Source: Thraustochytrium aureum
Taxonomy: Eukaryota
Length of the DNA stretch: 42,896 bases
NCBI GenBank assembly: GCA_012862495.1
Contig: BLSG01000431.1
Span: 53,792 to 96,687, forward strand
Direction of reading: 5' to 3'
In this document: in pieces, positions 10,265 through 22,200 of the stretch
How positions within the stretch are numbered: position 1 is the stretch's first letter
Layout of the letters: the number at the start of each line of letters is the position of its first letter
Position numbers and translations under genes: made by a program
Notes under the pieces: model-generated
Told to the model about the DNA's origin: nothing
The model's database searches: none
Seen by the model: the letters and a program-made list of their open reading frames with translations, nothing else

Positions 10265-13200
10265 CTAAAACCAAGGGATCCAGGTGGCGTCCATCAAAGC
10301 GATGTTGTCCAGCGACTTGGCCCGAGCGATAAGCGCTTGCAAGTCGGTGTCCCTTGCGAGCGGCTCGGCGACAGGGATGCTCGTATCGACAAGGCTGACT
10401 GCTCGCTCGAGCTCAGCCGCCGTCGCCTCCCGGAGGTGCGCGGGCTTGTCAACCTCGCCACCAACCAAACTCTCGCTAGCGCGGCTGAGGTCAGCGCCCC
10501 CCGGAGCCCCGGCCACAGTGCGAGCCCCAGCCATGGAGCGCAGACGACCGAGCGCAATCTCCACGTTCGCAAGCGTCGTTTTGTGCAGTTGCCGACTCCC
10601 GAAAAGCACCCGGTCCGTGTGCCGCGCCGCAGTGCCCCCGTTCAGGTCTACGAGCTCGTGCAACATAAACAGCTCCAGAAAGGAGCGGAGCACGGGCAGG
10701 TTGGTCTCGTCAGAAAAGCAGTCAGCGGCCGCAAGCATCGCGTTCGCCATCGTGCCGTCCACGCCTGCCGGCGTCAGCGCCGCAACCAGGTTGGCCGTCA
10801 AGCGAAAGGGCACGTGGATCCTGGCAAGGTCGTCCTCGAGCTCCCCGAACGAGTTGGCCTTAAACCTTGGTCGAATTTCCACGTCGAGAATTGTGCCGCG
10901 CTGGGGATTGACCAGCGTCTTGGCCGGGACCCTATCGAAGCACGAAAACATCGTCATAACCACATTGGAGATTGCCAGGCCCTTGGCAAGCGTGTCGCGC
11001 ACCCCCTGCATGGCGGCTGAGGACGGAAGCCGGGCGCGGAGGCCGTGCGCCAGGAGGTGCGGCGGCACGGTTTTGGCTGTGGCCGCAAAGGCGGCGCGGC
11101 GCGTATCCTCGAATACTCGTTCGCTCGTGCGCGTCCCGCCCGCTTGCTGTCTGGTTGCTTGAGCCTCCTCCGCAAGCAGCTGGGCGCAGAGAGCAAGTTT
11201 GGCGCCTGGGCGGCCGTTTCGCACCATCTCTTGCTCAAAGATGGTGCCAAGGTCGACGAACTCTGGCCCGTCGCGCTGCAGGCAGAGGCGGCTGTGGATG
11301 GGCACAGTTACGGGAACTCGGGCCCGCAAGCCGCTGCGGCGCGAGGCGGGCCCGCTGCGCTCAAGCATCTTGTTCAGCAGCGTCATGAGCTGTGCGGCGC
11401 GCTGGTCCGACTTTGTGCTCGACAACGGCGCGCTTTTCACGACAAAGTAGACGGTGTTGCCGTTTTCGGCGCGGAATCCGAGCCGCGGCTGCGAGTACCC
11501 TTCTTGGCGACAGATTGACACCTCGCTTGCAAAACCCTGCAGCTGCGGGTGGCAGACGAGCTGCGGGGCACCAAGCCTGTCGTTTAGGTCGTGCATCCCC
11601 GGGACCTGGAGCGACTGCGGCGTCATTGCTGCAAGTTGCCGCGACCATCGGTACAGCGGGACCTTACTGGGCCGGCTCACGCAGAGTGCATCGAGCAGCA
11701 TATTTTTCCACCGCCCGATGCGCGCGATGATGCCAGGTACGGTCATGTCGCGTCCACCCTCCTCCAACGCGTTTGGGGCATTAGGGCTCCTCTTGAGAAC
11801 CTCCATGAGCTCCTTGTTTGGCAAAAAGTCCGCCAAGAACCTCTTACGCAACCGCTCAAGAAGGAGCGCGTGCTTCTCCGAGCGCCGCATCGACTGCTCC
11901 GAGAAGAGCTTGGAGCAGACGCGGCTCAGCATGTTCCAAACCTGAAACTGCCGCAACGCGGCGTTGGCGGTCGACCCGCTCCCGCCGACGTCGCCCGCGC
12001 CACTTGACGACGCATCGGTAGGGCCGCTACCGCCCGCGTCGTCCGCGCGAAAGGCGCCGTCGCCCACCGCGCCTGCCGTGGAGGCTGTCGCAAACATAAT
12101 GCAGCGCTCCAACAAGCGATGCATGGTCGAGTGCAGCTCTTCCAGGGGGTGTTGCGTTTTGAACGCAGAGGCAATCTCCTCAAGCATCGCCTCAAGCTCT
12201 TGCACCAGTCGAGGGTGGAGCTGGTGGAATCGAGAGAGAGCCTCCTTGACCTGGACCANNNNNNNNNNNNNNNNNNNNNNNNNNNNNNNNNNNNNNNNNN
12301 NNNNNNNNNNNNNNNNNNNNNNNNNNNNNNNNNNNNNNNNNNNNNNNNNTCGACTGCGCGCTCTCGCTGCTCGAGTTGGACCGAGCAGCCTGGGCCCGCG
12401 TGCGCTGCTCGTTGTCCTTTTCAAAGTATTGCGCGCGCAGAGTGTAGTACAGCGCATTCGGGTACTCTGTCGCCACCGCCAACAGAACTGTCTTTGAGAC
12501 CGCCGAACTGGCCTCGCCCATTGACAGGCCACACACCAGTTGCAGCACCCACGGAATCCAGACCCACGTTGGCACAAGGTCGACATGGCGCAGGACTGTG
12601 GCGCTCACAGTCGGACCAGCGCTTGAGCTGGCGCGCTCCGGGTCGGCGCGCTTCGCCTGATGCGGGTCCATCTCAGATTCGACGTGCAAGCGCCAGAGAA
12701 CCTTTGGCAGATGCATGCGGGCGAGTTCGCTGCCGTTCCGCACGGCCTGCAGTATGCCCCCGACGACGATTGGGCCCAAGTCGTGGTCGATCACGGGGTA
12801 GCTCTGCTCGGAGCGTTCGCGCTCTTCGAGGAGTCGCCCGGCGTACCTGGCCCAATCGAGCCAGGTGTCGGCGTGGGCACGCGAGCACTGAACAGAGTAA
12901 CTAAACATCTCGTGCACTGTGGAGGGGTCCTCCCCAAGTGCGCCCTGGAACCGCGCCCGCAGCCGAAACAGTTCTGCTTTCTTTTGCGGGGCGAACGGGC
13001 TCAGGTCCATCCCCGCAAGCGTGGCCAAGCCCGACTGAAAGTGCCGCCGAGGGTCCACCACGGCCGCAGACTGGTCGCACTTGAGCACATTTAGGAGACG
13101 CTCACGGGTCACAACGAAGCCTTCCTCCGCGGCCAGCCGCGGCGCTGACACGATCGGGCTCGACAACACCGCTAGACTGCGATCCACCATGCCGTGCGCG

Positions 13201-16200
13201 CGGTAGGCCTTGGCCCGTTCAAGCACTACCCAGCGCGAGTCATGGCTCTGAGCCATCAGGCGGAGTTGCGCCTCGCGCAATTCGGTCGCCGCGCCTCCGG
13301 CCGCGCTTGGCTGGGCGCCGCTCGCCGACTGCCTGAACTGGCGGGAGCCCTGCGCAAAGATGAAGAGCCGCGACAAGAGAACATTGTCCCAGTCAAGCGG
13401 ATCCTCCCACGGCAGCGGGACGCGCTCTCGCCAGCGTTGCAGCTGGCGGTTGATTTGCGCTGTCCGCGCCGACACCACGGCAGCGCTTGAGGGCGCCGGA
13501 GAAGTGCTGGTGGATCCAGCGCTTGCCTGTCTGCGCATCTGGCTGGACGGTCCAACCGCGGCAGCGCCTGCAGCGGACGACGAAGAGCCCGAGCTCGCAG
13601 AGCCCAGTGCAGACACATTGTTCAAGTAGGCGATAGCCTCTTCGAGCTCCACCAGGCGCTGCGTGCTGAAGAGGAGCTCGCGGCGCCGGTCGACGCCGAG
13701 CGGCCCAGAGCTTTCTGCCCAGTCCAAGAGGATCGCGTTTGCGCCCTGCCGCCACATGTGGTCCAACTCTGTGGCCGGCCGAGCCTCGCTGATCGCCATC
13801 GTTATGTTGAGCAGCGAGGACTTGACGCTCAAGAGGTTGGGGAAGAAATGTATCGGCAGGTAGGCCATCTCCTGTTGCACGAGGTGCTGCTCCTCTTGCA
13901 TCGCCTGCTGCTGGGCGCCCAGGAGCTGCTTGGCGCTGCTCGTCCAGCTACCGGCTTGGGCCCTCTCGGTGCTCTCGAGCAGGGCATCGGTGTCCCCGCA
14001 GGCTGCGGCAGCCCGGCCAACTTGGTCCCACTCACCGAGCTGACGCGCGCAAACCAGCCACCTGTCCTTCCAAACTTGCATCTCCGCCGCTGGGACGGGC
14101 TTTGCAACCCAGAGAAACGAGTTTGCGTTTCCGCTCAGGCCCGGGCCGCCGTCGGGCCCGCCAACATCACCCCTGCCCCCTTGGCCACCGCTGGCTGCGA
14201 CACCGCCCGCTGACATACCACTGCCATAGGCTGCGCCGTCCATGTGCTGCCCGTACCCGTGGTATCCCTGAGGATGCTGGCCGAGGCCATGCCCGCCGTG
14301 GGCGCCCAAGCGATTTTCTCCCGCGGCACCCCCGGCGAATTCGACTTCGCCATAGGCCCGCTGGCCAGAAGCCCCCCCGTCGCGGTGGCCTCGCATTGGC
14401 TGGCCAAACTGGTCGACGCCAAACCCACCCATATCGTCATGTAAGGCACCGTCAGCAGCGTCCATGCCGGCCATCGCGACGTCCATGGCGCTCCCAAACG
14501 GGTCCCCATCGCCGAGGTCAAAGTCAAGATCGTCGAGCAGCCCAAGCCCGCCCGCGAGCGCCGGGTCGTCAAGAAAGTCCATTCCACCACCCCCGCCTCC
14601 GCCGCCTGGAGCTCCAACGGTTTCGAAAGGAAGGGGTCCCCCGAACAAACCTTGGTCGCTTCCTCCGCGGCCTGGATATGCGGCAGCCATTCTCGCGCCT
14701 TGGCCGTCGTCCCCTGTGAAGGCCTTTGTTGGCCGCTTCCGCGCGACGACGTAGTGCCCACGGCCAGCTTCAAAGCGGCGGGCGCACTCCGTGTATGCCT
14801 GAAGCGCGCCTTGCCAGTCGCCAACTGCCTCCATGGAAAGCGCGGCAAACGTTGGTGCAGCCACCGCCCACTGACGGACCAAGCCGTGCGCCAAGTCATC
14901 ACTGTGGCCTCGGTAAAGCGTCAGGAGGGTCTGGACCCAGCGCTGGCCATTTCGACGGTCGGTCTCAAACTTGGCTGCAGCCGCCGCGGCTGCCGCTGCG
15001 GCTGCGGCTGCCGCGGCAGCCCCTGCTGTCCCCTTCTTCTCCTTGCGCTTCTTCTTTGGCTTTGCTCGCGAGGTGCCAAACTCGCCGGGCGGGATGGCGC
15101 TGGCGTTGCCACTTTTCTGCTTCTTCCGGCGCGGCTCATCTTCTGCGTCAAGATCCGGTCCTTGTGAACCCGCATGCACGCTGCTGGTTTGCGCTGAGGA
15201 GGCCCAAGGACGGCTCGAGTTGGCGGCTTCGCTCGAGTTTTCTGCGTTCGGCATTTCAGTCGTTGCCGCAACCAGTGCCGCGCGCGGCACGGCGTCGACG
15301 CCTTTCACCTGCTGCACTAGTAGCTCGCTGAGCTCGATGGCCTCTTCTCGAGCCCCGTGCGCTGGGCCCAAGTAGGCGAGCAGCTCCGCGGCGAAGATGG
15401 GGACCGGCCGCAGTGCGAGGACGCCGCGGAGGAGCGACTTCACGACACCCGTTGTGGTCCAACCCGCAACGCGGTCCCACGCAAGGACACGCCGAAAGGC
15501 AAACGTCTCTAGCATCTCCTGGAACGGGTCCCATGCGATCCCGATCTGTAAGCACGCGGCCTTTGCCTTTGTCAGGACAAGCGAGAGCTCATCCAGTGCA
15601 TGCTGCACGGCCACTGCGCTGCGCTGGATCGCGCCGTAGAACACGACACGGTCGGGCAGATGGTACGACCTGGCGAGGAGAACCTGCAGACCTTCTGTCA
15701 TCATCATCTTTTCGTGCTCCTCAAGTGCGGTCCATGCGGCTGGGAAAATTTCGTCCCAGCACGCCTGAGCGACGCGCATGCTGCGATCCCCGTACGCGAG
15801 CTCTTGCAAAGCCGGAACCAACGCTCCAGCGCTCCGGCGGCGCCGTAGCTCGGCAAGGGCTACCCGCGTCGACTTGAGGATGCCGTTGCGGCGCTGGGGC
15901 GACTGCTGCTGCCGATGCACGTCCTTGACTTGCACGATTTGGCCACCAAACGACGAGCAAGTGCACGTTGAGGTGGGGTCGATCGAGCTGCAGAGGATCT
16001 GAAGCGCGACGGGGAGCCAGTTGGAGGGCCCAAGGTGGGACCAGTCTTGTTGGACCAAGAGCTGAAGCTTGGCGAACGGGCCTTTGCCCTTGAAGTTCAT
16101 CGCCGAAAAGGCACGGAAAAAGTGCCGCCGCTGCCTGGGATCAGGCGACATGAGCCCTCCAACAAAGCGCCCGCTGAGGTTTTGGATCCACACCATTTTG

Positions 16201-19200
16201 CCTTTGGCAGAAGACATTGGGTCAAACACCTTGTACACGAGGTCTCGATAAGCGTTGACGATGCGCTGGCCTTGAAGCAGGCCGTCAAAACGCTCCAGCT
16301 GCTNNNNNNNNNNNNNNNNNNNNNNNNNNNNNNNNNNNNNNNNNNNNNNNNNNNNNNNNNNNNNNNNNNNNNNNNNNNNNNNNNNNNNNNNNNNNNNNNN
16401 NNNNNNNNNNNNNNNNNNNNNNNNNNNNNNNNNNNNNNNNNGGTCGAGAAGCAGCTGTACCTGCGTGATGAAGGGCCGCCGATGCGCGTCGTGGAAAAGA
16501 ATCCGCCCCCCCAAGGTCTCCAGAATAGCACATACACCGCGGGAAGTAATCTCTCGTACAGAGTCCCCGCCCCGCGGCGCTGAAACGAGCAGTGTGGGGC
16601 TGCCGCCGAGGGAGCCAGCGGTCTTGGAAGCCGATTTTGCGCGCGCCATCGAAGCAGCAGTGAGCTCCTTGCATAGCTTGGAGAGTACCTTCATCATGCT
16701 AGCGGCGAAGCGGTCGACGCGCTTTGCTTCGAGCTCGCCCCCACCGACAATGCACGTGTCGAAACCGGCAGGGTCTGGCTTGAGGCTGACGCGTCCCTTG
16801 GCGCACAAGGCCTGGACGAGCCGGATCGTCTGGAGCGTTCCGGCCGGCCCCGCGCCGATCTCCTTTGCTCGACGCAAGGAGGCCGCGCGAACGGCTTTAA
16901 GTTGGGCCGCTCTAGTTTGCTGCGCTGCGGCCTTGCTGTTTGCTGCGTTGCTGTTGCCCCCGGGCCGGCCGCGCCAATCTTGGCCGCGGCTCCAGGCCCC
17001 GGAGCTGCGCCGCCATGCATGGGTGCTGGTGGCTTGGCTTTGCCTTTGCCTTTGGCCTGGCCGGCTGCCTGCGTCTTCCCCCCGACTCCGGTGCCCGCTG
17101 GCACACCTGCGCTCTTCTTCTTGGACGTTTGTACATTTGGTTTTGGTTGCTGCGAACCCTTTGGGACATGCGCGACAGCGGCTTGCTGAAACGCGCGCTT
17201 CCCGTCATCTGCTGCGATCGCGAGCCGTTTGTCAATCGCGTCGAACAAGACCGAGTAAAATCCCTTCGGCTCAATTGCGGCTGTGGGGCTGCTGCCTGCT
17301 ACCGCGGCGGTCGAACCCGGAGCCGCACCAGCCTTTGCGACCGAGTAAGCAGGCAAAAGCGGCTTGATCGTGAGCACAAACTGCAGAAACAGGTCCCGTG
17401 AGCCTCGCTCAGCGCTCCCGAAAACCGGCTCGATTAGGATGTGCAGAAACTTGTCGTTTTCACGGATAAACGGCCCCGCAATGGTTTCGTGGTCTTCTGC
17501 CAGAATCGCATTGAGAATCTCGAGTATGCAGCACAGCGTCCCAGGCTCTTGCTCCTCCAAGTTGCCGTCGTCGTCCTCGCTTTGCTGCTTGTCGGGCGCC
17601 GACGGAGCACCGGCGGACGTCGCCCCGCTCGCTGGTGCACTGGTAGCGCCAGCACTGCCGCTTGTGGTGCCGCTACCGCTAGCCGAGGCGAGTCCCTTCC
17701 CGGCGGGCTTGGCAGCGACCTCCTGGCTGGCGGCCTTCTCGGCTGCTCGCGCTGCCATTTCAGCTTGCTCGGCCCTCTCGCCGTGCTTTTTCGCCACCGC
17801 CTCGATGTGTTTGGCTATGTACGGGAATTTGATGATGCTCTTGATGGACGCTGTCGCGGATTCGGCCTGGGGCGAGGCCGACCCGGGAGAACTCGCAAGG
17901 TGGTGCCTTGCGATTCTTGCAGCCAGCGCGAGCGACTCTTTGAAAAGGTTGACACAGCGTCGGTAGAGCGCCTTGCCTTCTGCGTCTTTGGCGTCCGAAA
18001 ACAGCAGCGAGATCCGCATGAAAAAATGCACCACGACAGAGGTCATGACCACGTTGGCTCGAAATCCAGTGGCAGCGTCGCGGCTCGCCCGCTGCCCGTC
18101 CGTGAGCGCTGAGACTTGCGCAGCCTTTTCCGGCTCTGCAAGCTTGAACTCATTCCAGTGCCGCTCTTCAGCAGCGCGAGTGGCCTCCCACTTGAGAAAG
18201 AGTTCGGCCAGGTCGATGGCCAAGGTGCGGTTCTCACTGGCCCCGCCTTGCGGGCTCCACAGCTTGGTCAGCGAAGCCACGAGCTGTTGCATAAAGTGCG
18301 CTCGGTTCTGGAAGAACAGCTCTGGCTGGCGAGCCACGAGCTGCCAGATGTGCGTCAGCTGCGGCAGTTTGTGGCCCTCGTCGTAAATGAGCTTCTTGGT
18401 GCACCGGATTGCCCGAATGTACTTGGGGACCTGCAGCCGTTTGGGCAACGCTGGCATCAGGATCTCCAGCGCGCTTCTCACCAGGTTGCGTGCCTCGCTC
18501 GAGTGGTCCCGTAGCAGGGCCACGTACACTTGCAAGATGATGCTCGGCGGGATCTGGTACACGCTGATGAACGTGCAGATGTTCACGTAGGCCCAGTTCT
18601 TGCTCGCCGAGCCATCGTTCTTGAGATGGTTCCAAGCAAACTTGATCAGCTCCTTGCGGTATTCGGTCAGCTCTTGCCCGTAGTTGGCGATCAGCAAAGT
18701 CGAGAGCTGGAGCAGCTGGACCTGCAGGGCCTCTTGGCTCGCCAACGTGCCCGTGAAGAGCGAGTCTGGCGCAGGGAGGCCCGGCCCAATCGAAAACGTC
18801 ATTGGCGTCTGCAACTGCTCGCTCACTTCCCGGGGCGACACTCGCGCCACTGCTGGCCCAGCCTGCGACTCCGCGCCATCTGCAACGGCAAGCGTATCCT
18901 GGGCCGCCGAAGCCGTTCCTGCGACCNNNNNNNNNNNNNNNNNNNNNNNNNNNNNNNNNNNNNNNNNNNNNNNNNNNNNNNNNNNNNNNNNNNNNNNNNN
19001 NNNNNNNNNNNNNNNNNNNNNNNNNNNNNNNNNNNNNNNNNNNNNNNNNNNNNNNNNNNNNNNNNNNNNNNNNNNNNNNNNNNNNNNNNNNNNNNNNNNN
19101 NNNNNNNNNNNNNNNNNNNNNNNNNNNNNNNNNNNNNNNNNNNNNNNNNNNNNNNNNNNNNNNNNNNNNNNNNNNNNNNNNNNNNNNNNNNNNNNNNNNN

Positions 19201-22200
19201 NNNNNNNNNNNNNNNNNNNNNNNNNNNNNNNNNNNNNNNNNNNNNNNNNNNNNNNNNNNNNNNNNNNNNNNNNNNNNNNNNNNNNNNNNNNNNNNNNNNN
19301 NNNNNNNNNNNNNNNNNNNNNNCCGAGCATGCAGCCGTTCCCAAGGTCCATCTTGCTCGACGCAAAGGCCGGGTCGAACGTGGGCTCATCCACCGCGGTG
19401 GCGAAGGCGAGGCACGGGTTGATGATTACACGCAGCGCAGCCTCCTTGATGTGCGAAGACATGGTTTGCGGGAGGTTGACAAGGTGAACGTAGTGCCGAA
19501 AGATCGCAATTCGCAGCCGCGTCGAGCTGCAGGCCGCAACCTCCTCTCTGAAAAACCGGAGCAGGAACGCGTTGTCGACCGTGGTCCGGAGCACGAGGTA
19601 CGTCAGCGAGGCGAACGCTGCGGCGGCGGCGCTTTGGCAAAGCTTGTCGATTTCGCCCTCCGAGTGCCGGCCAGGGGCAGTCGCGCTCCACTTGCCCACA
19701 TACTGGCTCACGCTCCGAAAATACACCACGAAAAGGTGACACATCTGGCTGTAGTAGCGCCTCTGCGCGTACGAGAGCTGCTCCTCTAGTTTGAGATACG
19801 CCAGAATTCGTTTGTTTTGCCACACCATCATCATCGCCTCCATGACGACGGGCTGCTCGACGAGCCAAACAGCGTCATGCTCGGCAATGGCAAGGACGAG
19901 TTCTACGGCGTGGAACGCCAAAAGCACGAGCTCACGCTGACGCTTCGGCGACTTGTCCTCTGAGGTCGTAATGCCAAGCATGTTGTCCACGATCGCCCTA
20001 CTCATCTCCGCTGAGGTCAGCTCAGCGCGAAACCGGACCGCCGCGGGCATGCCTGCGAGGGTCTTGAGGAGCCGCAACGAATCGTTGTTGCAGAGGCTCT
20101 CGCGCTTCAGCAGAACGCCACACAGGTGACGCGGAAATGCAGTCCCAATCGCCAAGAGCGGCTCATAGAGCGGCGAGGAGAGGTAGCCCTCAACCTCGTA
20201 AAAGGGTGCCGTCCCCGTCGAGATGCGCCCCCCCGCGGAAACGTCGGGAACTGTGGTTGAGAGTTTCTGAAACGTAAGGCGCTCCGGAGCGTTCGAGAGG
20301 CGCACGATCTGCTGGATCAGAATCTCCAATTGGGGGACCACATACTGTTGCGGCAGGGACGCGAAAATCTGCAAAATGTCGGCGGCCAAAGCCAAGTGGT
20401 CGAGGCGGGCCTCCATCATCGCGTTGCCGTCGCTGCGGACAGGGTCGCGCGTAGGTGCAGTGATGAGGATTTCTTTCAGCTGCCTCAACAGGTTGGACAT
20501 CACAGTTGCGACAATCACGCTCATGTCGTCAAAGTGCTCGACGAGCGCCCTCACCCCGCGCAGCATGGACCGCGAATAGACCGTCTCTGTGTTTATCGCG
20601 CCAGCTGCAGTCGTGAGCAGCTCGTTCAGCATGCCATCCGGTATCCCGACCCTCGGCGGCGGCGTGGTCCCGGCGCCTCCCTTGGAGTTGGTGCGGGCGA
20701 GCTGGGCCACGACGCCAAGCGCGTCGCGCGACGCGGTCACGACGCTGGGCCAGCAGCTCAGCGTCGANNNNNNNNNNNNNNNNNNNNNNNNNNNNNNNNN
20801 NNNNNNNNNNNNNNNNNNNNNNNNNNNNNNNNNNNNNNNNNNNNNNNNNNNNNNNNNNNNNNNNNNNNNNNNNNNNNNNNNNNNNNNNNNNNNNNNNNNN
20901 NNNNNNNNNNNNNNNNNNNNNNNNNNNNNNNNNNNNNNNNNNNNNNNNNNNNNNNNNNNNNNNNNNNNNNNNNNNNNNNNNNNNNNNNNNNNNNNNNNNN
21001 NNNNNNNNNNNNNNNNNNNNNNNNNNNNNNNNNNNNNNNNNNNNNNNNNNNNNNNNNNNNNNNNNNNNNNNNNNNNNNNNNNNNNNNNNNNNNNNNNNNN
21101 NNNNNNNNNNNNNNNNNNNNNNNNNNNNNNNNNNNNNNNNNNNNNNNNNNNNNNNNNNNNNNNNNNNNNNNNNNNNNNNNNNNNNNNNNNNNNNNNNNNN
21201 NNNNNNNNNNNNNNNNNNNNNNNNNNNNNNNNNNNNNNNNNNNNNNNNNNNNNNNNNNNNNNNNNNNNNNNNNNNNNNNNNNNNNNNNNNNNNNNNNNNN
21301 NNNNNNNNNNNNNNNNNNNNNNNNNNNNNNNNNNNNNNNNNNNNNNNNNNNNNNNNNNNNNNNNNNNNNNNNNNNNNNNNNNNNNNNNNGGCCCCGGCCC
21401 GCTGGCCTCCCTTTCCGAGCCCTGTCCGGCGCCAGGCTGCTTTGAATCCGCCGCGGGGCCTTTCCCGTCGCCGTCGCCAGCGGCTCTGGCTACATTGCCC
21501 CCCGAGTACGCAGCCAAGAGGCCAGGGATGATTCCATGTTTGCTCGGGGGGCGCTTGAAAAAAAGGGCGAGGACAAGCTCTTGCAGTCCGGACGAGGCGT
21601 GGAAGAGCAGGTCAGCGCCCATGCAGTCGTGGTGCGTCTCGAGCACAAATCAAAGGCCTCCAGAAGCTTGCCATGGTAAACTCGAGTCCACTCGAGCGGG
21701 AGCTGTCCGACGAGGTGCCGCAAACCAGCGCACCCGCCAAGCCGCGACGGCCACTCGGTCGCATGGCAGGCCAAAATAAGCCGGTCAGCGAGGTCCGCGA
21801 GCAAGGGGGCCGCGCGCGATGCTACGAGAGCGCCCGGCGCAGCGCGCGCGCCAAGAATGCGCACAGAGGTAGAGATGAGCAGATTGATCATCCGCATGCC
21901 AAGATGAGAGTGCGCTGGGCACGCCGTTGACAGCACACGAACATCAGCTCATTCAACGCAGTCGCGTCGATGCCATGGCCAACTCGGGACGGTGGCGACT
22001 TGCCCGCGCCACGATCCGTGTCCTGGTCGCTGGTGAGGCTCGAAGCACGGCTACGAAAATCGTTGGACGGCGACAGGCCCGAGGCGCCGTCTCGCCGGTC
22101 CAGCCCGGTGTCAAGCACTATGGTACCGTCGTCCGTCCGCGCCGCGGCCGCGAGACCAGCCATTGTCAGGTAGTGCAGAAGGCCTCGCAGAATCGGCCAG

